Part shown: in pieces, positions 10,186 through 17,348 of the stretch | Layout: every line of letters starts with the position of its first letter | Position numbering within the stretch: position 1 is the stretch's first letter | NCBI GenBank assembly: GCA_963832745.1 | Contig: CAWHVC010000005.1 | Span: 224,001-288,000, forward strand | Origin: Candidatus Bathyarchaeota archaeon | GTDB lineage: Archaea > Thermoproteota > Bathyarchaeia > Bathyarchaeales > Bathycorpusculaceae | DNA: 64,000 nt | Direction of reading: 5' to 3' | Translations under genes and position numbers: made by a program | Notes under the pieces: model-generated | Databases searched by the model: none | The model's input: only the letters and a program-made list of their open reading frames with translations | What the model was told of the DNA's origin: nothing

Positions 10186-10287
10186 CTGAAGTAATTCTCC
10201 CTGTTAAAGGTAACTTGTCAAATCTTTTACGATAAAGGTTAAAAGTGTAAAACCGTTTTATCCATTCATCTTAGAAAATTTGGATAC

Positions 10288-11568
10288 GTGTTTGATATGG
10301 CTAAATCATCTGTTATTTCTGGCTTCTATAAACTTACGCCAAAAGAGCGGCTTGCGATTGTGAAAGATTTCGCAGGCTTAACTGACGAAGAAACACGCCT
10401 TCTTGAGCAGACCGGCGCTTTGCCCATTGACTTGGTTGACCACATGGTTGAAAATGCCATTGGAGTCTTCCCAGAACCACTTGGCATCGGCGCAAACTTC
10501 CTAATCAACGGCATAGAATACCTCATTCCAATGGCAACCGAAGAACCCAGCGTCATTGCCGCAGCCAGCTATGCAGCAAAAATGGTTCGTGAAGGCGGAG
10601 GATTTCACACAAGCAGCACTGCACCAGTCATGATTGGACAAATCCAAGTTTGCAAACTCCAAAACGCGCAAGAAGCTAAAGACAAAATTTTAGCTGCTAA
10701 AGAGCGAATTATCAAAAAAGCTAACGATCAAGACCCAATCCTTAACCAGTACGGTGGAGGAGCTAAAGACCTTGGAGCCAGAGTTATCGACACAACCATG
10801 GGACCGATGCTTATTGTTGAATTGTACGTGGACTGCCGAGACGCTATGGGCGCCAACGCCGTTAACACGATGGCTGAAGCCTGTGCTCCATTGATTGAAG
10901 AAATCACTAGCGGACACGTTTACCTAAGAATCCTCACAAACCTTGCCACTAAACGTTTAGTTCGGGCAACCTGTATTGTTCCTAAAGAGGCAGTTGGCGG
11001 AGAAGCAGCCGTTGAAGGCATCGCTTACGCTTCCGCTTTTGCAGCAGCAGACCCATACCGTGCAGCAACCCATAACAAAGGCGCATTAAACGGCATAATC
11101 GCAGTTGTCCTCGCCACGGGAAACGACCACCGCGCAATCGAAGCAGGCGCACACGCATACGCAGCCATAAACGGCCAATACACAAGCTTCTCAAAATGGA
11201 CAAAAAACCAAAACGGCGACTTAGAAGGCGCAATCGAGCTACCAATGGCTGTCGGATTAATCGGCGGCGCAGTAAGAACCCATCCAATCGCAAAAATCTG
11301 CATGAAAATCCTCGGCGTAAAATCAGCCAACGAATTCGGCGAAGTCCTAGCCGCAGTTGGTTTAGCACAAAACCTCGCTGCCCTACGTGCCCTATCAAAT
11401 GAAGGAATCCAGCGTGGACACATGTCGCTTCATGCAAGAAACGTTGCCATAAACGCAGGCGCACCAGCAGAACTTGTAGACCAAATTGCAGAACGTATGG
11501 CTAAAGAACGTAAAGTCAACTCACAACGTGCCAAAGAAATACTGGAAGAATTAACCAAAAAACCATAA
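10288..11568 (+). CDS. mvaA: Hydroxymethylglutaryl-CoA reductase, class II
   Basis: ENAIG, PMATEEPSVIAA, DAMGANAVNT, ATHNKG, GIQRGHMSLHA motifs. Start may be the ATG at 10297. Confidence 0.93.
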   Translation: MFDMAKSSVISGFYKLTPKERLAIVKDFAGLTDEETRLLEQTGALPIDLVDHMVENAIGVFPEPLGIGANFLINGIEYLIPMATEEPSVIAAASYAAKMVREGGGFHTSSTAPVMIGQIQVCKLQNAQEAKDKILAAKERIIKKANDQDPILNQYGGGAKDLGARVIDTTMGPMLIVELYVDCRDAMGANAVNTMAEACAPLIEEITSGHVYLRILTNLATKRLVRATCIVPKEAVGGEAAVEGIAYASAFAAADPYRAATHNKGALNGIIAVVLATGNDHRAIEAGAHAYAAINGQYTSFSKWTKNQNGDLEGAIELPMAVGLIGGAVRTHPIAKICMKILGVKSANEFGEVLAAVGLAQNLAALRALSNEGIQRGHMSLHARNVAINAGAPAELVDQIAERMAKERKVNSQRAKEILEELTKKP

Positions 11569-11597
11569 TTTACCCTTTTTTAGGGGACCTGACTTTT

Positions 11598-11867
11598 TTG
11601 AAGATTTTGCTTGACGAAATGTATGCCGGTTTGAAAGAGTATTTTGAAGCTTTAGGCTACAATGTTATTACTGCTCAGGAAGCTGGCTTAAAAGGGGTTA
11701 AAGACCGAGAAATCGTAGAATACGCCAAAACGCATGACCTGCTATTAGTAACTCAGGATGCAAAACCAGCAGAACTTGCAGAGTTAACAGGCGTCAAATG
11801 CGTACTCATTTCAAACCTGATGATTGCAAAAGTGGCAGACGCAAAAATCCGGCAACTGTACCCTTAA
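11598..11867 (+). CDS. DUF5615/Mut7-C PIN-like protein
   Basis: MKILLDEM...DREIVEYA...LLVTQD. Confidence 0.8.
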   Translation: MKILLDEMYAGLKEYFEALGYNVITAQEAGLKGVKDREIVEYAKTHDLLLVTQDAKPAELAELTGVKCVLISNLMIAKVADAKIRQLYP

Positions 11868-12025
11868 TTGTCTCTTTGTACGAATTCTTTGTATGCCCAA
11901 GCTGGCACTTTTCGAATGCTATTTTCGTCTTCAATAATTGTCAGATGGGTTGTCTTGAAATTTATCAGTAAGGCCTTGTTTCGCCAGTTTTTTATGGCTT
12001 GGCTTTTTCTATGAAACAGCCTCAA
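11864..12025 (-). CDS. Small hypothetical protein (53 aa, MRLFHRKSQ...VPAWAYKEFVQRDN)
   Basis: Below the ORF-track cutoff; TTG start with GGAGAAGG upstream; stop overlaps the neighbouring gene's stop. Confidence 0.45.
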   Translation of the reverse strand: MRLFHRKSQAIKNWRNKALLINFKTTHLTIIEDENSIRKVPAWAYKEFVQRDN

Positions 12026-12122
12026 AAATATGCCTTCTCCTTTCTCCCTGTAAACAAAAAAGGGAAAGGCGCCTTAAAAGCCCTATTTTTAAATTCATAA
12101 TATTTCAGAAACCGAATAAAAA

Positions 12123-12680
12123 TTAGAACGTTAAAGCGATACTTTTCAGGTACCGGTTCCACAGGTAAGCTGCAGCGTAGCCGGCAGTGGCTCCAGTTGC
12201 AGGACCCATAAACATGACCATTGCGTCAAGGAAAAAGCTTCTTTGAATAAACAACGTCATATTTGGAAGTCCAGCTTGAATGAAAACATATGCTGGAAGT
12301 ATAACACTGGCGCCGTAAGTGATTATGCCAATTAGCATAGTACTAACTGCCATTGCCGCCATGAGTCGGTTACGGTTAACTCCCTGATAGGAGCCTTTTA
12401 TTCTGAAAACAAACAGGGCAATATCCACTAAAACACCAAACAGCACTGAAGCAATAAACGTAAACAAACCCAACCCAGGGCTACCCAACGCTGTCAGCAA
12501 CCCACCAACTGCACCTGCATATGTTCCGCCCACGTTTTTGATAAACAATCCACTAAGCGCCAAAAGCACAGCTTGGAGTACGATGAACATGTAATTGATT
12601 GGGGGCGGCAGGAACACGTTGACTACAAAAATGATTGAGCCAAACAGTGAAGCGATAAAGATGCGTTTTAGTCTGTGCGT
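12123..12680 (-). CDS. ECF-type transporter S-component-like membrane protein; probable ACG start
   Basis: The frame extends upstream of the called GTG with a further TM helix (HRLKRIFIASLFGSIIFVV); AAGGGGA lies 8 nt before an in-frame ACG; GGTYAGAVGGLL and GVLVD patterns. Confidence 0.6.
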   Translation of the reverse strand, partial: THRLKRIFIASLFGSIIFVVNVFLPPPINYMFIVLQAVLLALSGLFIKNVGGTYAGAVGGLLTALGSPGLGLFTFIASVLFGVLVDIALFVFRIKGSYQGVNRNRLMAAMAVSTMLIGIITYGASVILPAYVFIQAGLPNMTLFIQRSFFLDAMVMFMGPATGATAGYAAAYLWNRYLKSIALTF

Positions 12681-12883
12681 TTGATTGTTCCCCTTGATGC
12701 TATAGATTTGCTTTATTCACTAAAAAACTTTGATGCAATTGTCCAATGCAATGCCCCGTTTTTGAGTTAAGTTTTTGTATCGGAATTTTAACGATAGCTA
12801 TAAATTGTAAGCCTGATATAAATTGTAAATGTTTTAATATTTGAGTCATAAATGTAAAAAAGTTAGGAGAGCACGGTAAAAAG

Positions 12884-13633
12884 TTGAGCACTCACGCAGA
12901 GGACTTAAAACTAAGATTAATGACTATCGAACTTTTGCGTACAGCAAAATATAAACGCAATATTACTTACCGCGAATTAGCTGCAAAAACTGGCTTGCCA
13001 GTTACGGTTTTAAGCAGGTACGCGAAAGGTCACGTCCTCCCAAACACTACGCGAGCAAAACAACTTTGGCGGGTACTTACAAAACTTGTCGGTTTAGAAG
13101 CAGAACTTCGAAGCAGAATCAAATTCGATGATATAGGCTATTTTGATAACACAGAAATCGTGGGAGACTACAACATTCTCCAACAAGCCGCAAACCATGC
13201 ATTAGCAAACTTTGCAGGGAAACGTGTCACAAAAGTCTTAACCGCAGCAGTCGACGGCGTCCCCTTAGGTACAATGGTTGCAAACGCGCTTGGCGTGAAC
13301 CTCATCGTTGCTAAACGAAACAAAGAAGTCGGCGTAAAAGGCTTCCTTGAAGAAACCTATATTCTCGGACGCGACTCAGGCGTAACCGTCACATTGTATA
13401 TTCCAAAAGATGCCATCAAAAAACGTGACAGCGTACTTATCGTTGATGACATGATTAAAAGCGGGGAAACACAAGAAGCCCTCGTAAACCTGACAAAGAA
13501 GGCAAAAGCTGAGGTTTCAGGAATCTTCTCATTAATTGCTATCGGTGAAGAATGGCGTAAACGCCTCAAAGGCGGTCAAGACTCCCCAGTTGAAGTGGTA
13601 ACCCACTTAAAATCCCCCTTTGACAACTCCTAA
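12884..13633 (+). CDS. HTH + phosphoribosyltransferase domain protein (PurR-like regulator)
   Basis: TYRELAAKTGLPVTVLSRY HTH; VLIVDDMIKSGET PRPP-binding loop. Confidence 0.85.
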   Translation: MSTHAEDLKLRLMTIELLRTAKYKRNITYRELAAKTGLPVTVLSRYAKGHVLPNTTRAKQLWRVLTKLVGLEAELRSRIKFDDIGYFDNTEIVGDYNILQQAANHALANFAGKRVTKVLTAAVDGVPLGTMVANALGVNLIVAKRNKEVGVKGFLEETYILGRDSGVTVTLYIPKDAIKKRDSVLIVDDMIKSGETQEALVNLTKKAKAEVSGIFSLIAIGEEWRKRLKGGQDSPVEVVTHLKSPFDNS

Positions 13634-13943
13634 ACCTTTATTTTAGGTTGCATAATTTTTTCAAGCGGTAATAATTGGAATCACTTAGAGAAACCATATT
13701 ATCTATACTCAGCCTTTTGGGTTTTACAGTGCTTTAGTGATTTTAGTTTTGTTTGGCACAAATATTGTAAGCCTTGAAACGTTTAGTTTCTTGGTGAACA
13801 ATTCTTTATTTTGATGGCAGTGGCGACGTTGGCTGTTTACGCCTTTTTGCTGCAAAAAACCTCAAACATAGAGACCTAAAGGGAATTTTTAGCGTAATAC
13901 TCTTAATGTAGCCGCACTAATCATTGCATCGAGGCATACTTTA

Positions 13944-14963
13944 ATGCGCATGATAAAATGGGAAAACGGAACTGTAATCACCCCAGATCAAACCAAGTTA
14001 CCTCTTGAAGAAGTCACATTAAAATTAACTACTGTTGACCAAATGGCTGAAGCCATAAAAATGCTCCGCGTACGAGGCGCACCCTTACTTGGCGCAGCAG
14101 CAGCGTTTGGCGTTGCACTAGGTGCTTACAATTCAAAAGCAAAAACTCTTCCTGAACTGCTCTCCGACTTGGAAGCCACTGGAGCAATGATAAAACTGCA
14201 AAGACCCACCGCAGTTAACCTGTTCTGGGGAACCGACCGCGTCCTAAACATGGCAAGGGCCTTCAAAGGTGATGCTGACGAACTACGGGCAGCTGTTGTT
14301 TTGGAAGCGCAGAAGATTGCGGATGAAGATGCCGCCCAGAATTACGCGATCGGCAAAAACGGCGCTGCATTAATCGAAGACGGCGACACAATTTTAACCC
14401 ACTGTAACGCCGGCGAATTAGCTACCGTAGAATATGGAACGGCACTGGGGGTTATTCGTGCTGCTTGGGAGCAAGGCAAAAAAATCAAGGTCATCGCCGA
14501 CGAGACTCGCCCATTACTTCAGGGTGCACGGTTAACAACTTACGAGTTGATGCGTGACGGCATTCCAGTGACGTTGATTACTGATAATATGGCTGCTTAT
14601 GTTATGAGCAAAGGTCTTGTCGACAAAGTGGTCGTGGGTGCTGACCGTATCGTTCAAGACGCGGTTTTTAACAAGATTGGCACTTATGGCGTGGCAGTTC
14701 TTGCGCATGAACATGAAATACCCTTCTATGTGGCTGCACCCAAAAGTACTTTCGATTTAACCTGCAAAGCCGCAGAGGTCACTATTGAGGAACGCAAACC
14801 CGACGAAGTCACGCACGTTGGTTGCCAGCAGACTGCTCCTAACAGCGTTAAAGTCATGAACCCCGCGTTTGATGCTACACCGTTAAAGTATGTGTCAGCT
14901 ATCATTTGTGAAACGCAGGTTTACTATCCAAAGGATTTCGAAACTTTCAAAAAAGGAAAATGA
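13944..14963 (+). CDS. mtnA: S-methyl-5-thioribose-1-phosphate isomerase (eIF2B-like family)
   Basis: VRGAP, RPTAVNL, THCNAGELAT, ETRPLLQGARLT, NKIGT, NPAFD motifs. Confidence 0.9.
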   Translation: MRMIKWENGTVITPDQTKLPLEEVTLKLTTVDQMAEAIKMLRVRGAPLLGAAAAFGVALGAYNSKAKTLPELLSDLEATGAMIKLQRPTAVNLFWGTDRVLNMARAFKGDADELRAAVVLEAQKIADEDAAQNYAIGKNGAALIEDGDTILTHCNAGELATVEYGTALGVIRAAWEQGKKIKVIADETRPLLQGARLTTYELMRDGIPVTLITDNMAAYVMSKGLVDKVVVGADRIVQDAVFNKIGTYGVAVLAHEHEIPFYVAAPKSTFDLTCKAAEVTIEERKPDEVTHVGCQQTAPNSVKVMNPAFDATPLKYVSAIICETQVYYPKDFETFKKGK

Positions 14964-14967
14964 CTGC

Positions 14968-15591
14968 TTAGTACGTAGTTGGCATTGGTCGGCTCCAAGA
15001 ATCCGGGTTCTGGTACTTGATTGCTGGCGAATTGTCTTCTTCTATTTCTTTTTTAGTTACCATTTTGCTAATTGTTTCAAGCAGTTCTCTGTGGTGGTCT
15101 TCGTCAGCGATTATTTTTATAAACAGTTTTTTTGTGCTGCTTAGGTCAATGTTGTATTTAGCGTTGATTTCTTTCACCAATACTTCAAGAGTGTTTAACT
15201 GCACAAAAATGTAGTATTCTTCGCCCATTATACTTTCAAAATATGTCAATTCCTTAACAAGCCACTGTATGTTTTCAGTGTCTATTTTTTGCGTTTTTGC
15301 GATTTCTTTTTGCGCTTTAGCCATGATGTCCCAAGATTGCCCAATTTTTTTTCCGCATTCTTTAGGGTTGACGTTGGTTTGTTTGATGCTTTTGCTTATT
15401 CCTTCAAGTATTGTGTAATGTTTTTGGCTGTCGATTGCTATTTCTTGGAAGAGCATTTTTACAAATGGCATATCTGTTTTGTCTGCAATGGAGTTGTATA
15501 GTTGGCTGGTACCGTTTTCTAGGCTGCTTAAGCAATGGATGTATTCTGCTAGGGTTTTAGACTCGTTTTGCTGGTTCCTTCTGACATTGAT
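14968..15591 (-). CDS. Ferritin-like/rubrerythrin-type protein; true start uncertain
   Basis: DSQKH and DEDHH iron-ligand motifs. The first helix (LAEYIHCLSSLENGTSQLY) lies upstream of the called ATG at 15471. Confidence 0.65.
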   Translation of the reverse strand: MNVRRNQQNESKTLAEYIHCLSSLENGTSQLYNSIADKTDMPFVKMLFQEIAIDSQKHYTILEGISKSIKQTNVNPKECGKKIGQSWDIMAKAQKEIAKTQKIDTENIQWLVKELTYFESIMGEEYYIFVQLNTLEVLVKEINAKYNIDLSSTKKLFIKIIADEDHHRELLETISKMVTKKEIEEDNSPAIKYQNPDSWSRPMPTTY

Positions 15592-15751
15592 AGTTTTGTT
15601 ATTAAACGGTTATGAACTGCCAATTCACTATTTCGAATTAACCTTGCTCAAGCAATTCTTCGAGATATTATTTTCTTAACTTAAAATTTGCCGCTTAAAG
15701 CCATAACGTTAAAGAGCAAAGTAAAATTAAAAATTAACAGTTGATTTAACT

Positions 15752-16309
15752 TTGAGCGATACCAACACCAAAAAAGCAGCACCCGTTGAATTCCAAACCA
15801 GCGGCAAACTGGCAGCAAAAGGCGTAACAGTAACCGAACAAAGCAACATTGACGCGCTCTCATCACGAGGATACGGTACAACCGAAACCAAAATCCTAAC
15901 TTTAACATTCTTTGAAGCACTCTACCTGCAAGACAAGGGCATGCTAACCGTAAAAGACGACCAAAACATGCAAGTCGATTTCCAAACCGTATTGCACGCT
16001 TACGAAGCTGTTGACGAAAACGCTTGGGTAAACTATCTTGTTTACCGTGATTTACGGAGCCGCGGTTACGTGGTACGGGAAGGGTTTGGTGTCGGAACAG
16101 AATTTCGAGTTTATGAACGTGGAGCATACGGCAAAGACTCCGCATCCTACATGGTACTTGGAACACAAGAAGGAAAACCCTTAGGTATCGACATTTTGGC
16201 TGACGTCTTGCAGCAATGTCAAAACCAAAAGAAAGAACTTGTCTTAGCCGTTATGAACCGCCGTGGAGAAATCGTGTACTATTCAGTTTCACAGTTAACT
16301 TTCAAGTAA
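15752..16309 (+). CDS. tRNA-splicing endonuclease, structural (non-catalytic) subunit
   Basis: FEALYL...YLVYRDLRSRGYVVREGFG...FRVYERG fold; lacks the catalytic His. Confidence 0.8.
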   Translation: MSDTNTKKAAPVEFQTSGKLAAKGVTVTEQSNIDALSSRGYGTTETKILTLTFFEALYLQDKGMLTVKDDQNMQVDFQTVLHAYEAVDENAWVNYLVYRDLRSRGYVVREGFGVGTEFRVYERGAYGKDSASYMVLGTQEGKPLGIDILADVLQQCQNQKKELVLAVMNRRGEIVYYSVSQLTFK

Positions 16310-16321
16310 GATGAATGCTTA

Positions 16322-17119
16322 ATGGCTAAAAACTATGTTTGGAACGCAAAAGATTACCAAAAAAACTCTCAAAACCAGTACGCTTGGGCACAAGAATTAA
16401 TCCCCAAACTGCACCTTTCAGGAAACGAAACCCTGCTTGACATCGGCTGCGGCGATGGAAAAATAACCGCTGAAATCGCAAAAGTCATCCCAAACGGCAG
16501 AGTCATCGGCATAGACAGCAGCCCAGAAATGATAAACCTTGCCCAAACGCTTTTCCCACAAAACGATTACCCCCACCTAAGCTTCCAACTGGCAGATGCA
16601 AGAAACTTTGTTTTCCAAGAAATCTTTGACCGCGTCTTCTCAAACGCGGCATTGCATTGGATACCTAACCAGTCGGCTGTTCTTTTTTGTGTAGAAAGAT
16701 GCATGAAGCCTGGCGGTAAACTCTTGTTTCAAATGGCCGGCAAAGGTAACGCCCAAAACATCATAAACATTTTAGACGAAATGTTGAAGGTTGAACCTTG
16801 GCAGCAGTATTTTGAGGGCTTCAAGTTTCCTTATGGCTTCTTTGACCCTAAAGAGTATACTGCCTTTTTAGAAGAGGCTGATTTGAAACCGTTGCGTGTG
16901 GAACTGTTCCCTAAGGAAATGAAGCATCAGGGTGCTGAAGGCTTAGCTGGCTGGGTACGCACAACATGGCTGCCATTTACAGAAAAATTACCAGCAAACC
17001 TTAAACCTAAATTCGTAGATGAACTGGTAACACGCTACATTCAGAAGCATCCCGCAGACAACGACGGCATGGTCCATGTAGGCATGATGCGTCTAGAAGT
17101 AGAAGCAAAAAAACCATAA
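16322..17119 (+). CDS. Class I SAM-dependent methyltransferase (Tam-like)
   Basis: LLDIGCGDG and FSNAALHW motifs. Confidence 0.85.
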   Translation: MAKNYVWNAKDYQKNSQNQYAWAQELIPKLHLSGNETLLDIGCGDGKITAEIAKVIPNGRVIGIDSSPEMINLAQTLFPQNDYPHLSFQLADARNFVFQEIFDRVFSNAALHWIPNQSAVLFCVERCMKPGGKLLFQMAGKGNAQNIINILDEMLKVEPWQQYFEGFKFPYGFFDPKEYTAFLEEADLKPLRVELFPKEMKHQGAEGLAGWVRTTWLPFTEKLPANLKPKFVDELVTRYIQKHPADNDGMVHVGMMRLEVEAKKP

Positions 17120-17139
17120 CAAACTTTTTCTTTTTCTAC

Positions 17140-17242
17140 TTTTCAACATACTAATGGCTTGAAAAAGCGTCAATAGCACCTAACCCTAAAGGTTTCAACA
17201 TAGAACCCCTAATAGGCTCCAAACAGGGGGATAAATAGGCTG
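17140..17242 (-). repeat. Dispersed intergenic repeat, copy D
   Basis: Reverse complement CCTGTTTGGAGCCTATTAGGGGTTCTATGTTGAAACCTTTAGGGTTAGGTGCTATTG...AGTATGTTGAAA. Confidence 0.75.
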
Positions 17243-17276
17243 TCAAAACATCATTGCCCTATCTAAAAATTGGTTA

Positions 17277-17292
17277 GTCAAGAATGTTTGAC
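17277..17292. promoter_or_regulatory. GTCAA-N6-TTGAC palindrome directly upstream of BRE/TATA
   Basis: GTCAAGAATGTTTGAC followed by GAAAACTCTTTTATT; same motif at 48638 and 48683. Confidence 0.55.
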
Positions 17293-17348
17293 GAAAACTC
17301 TTTTATTGCATTTTTTTTAACCTGAATTCCATAGAGGCTGGTAAAGGT

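Noticed and set aside
10217-10232. GTCAA half-site upstream of mvaA as a fourth operator
   Set aside because: The second half-site and spacing do not match GTCAA-N6-TTGAC.
13700-13880. Short hydrophobic reading frames between the PurR-like gene and mtnA
   Set aside because: Broken across frames with no recognisable family; at most a gene remnant.
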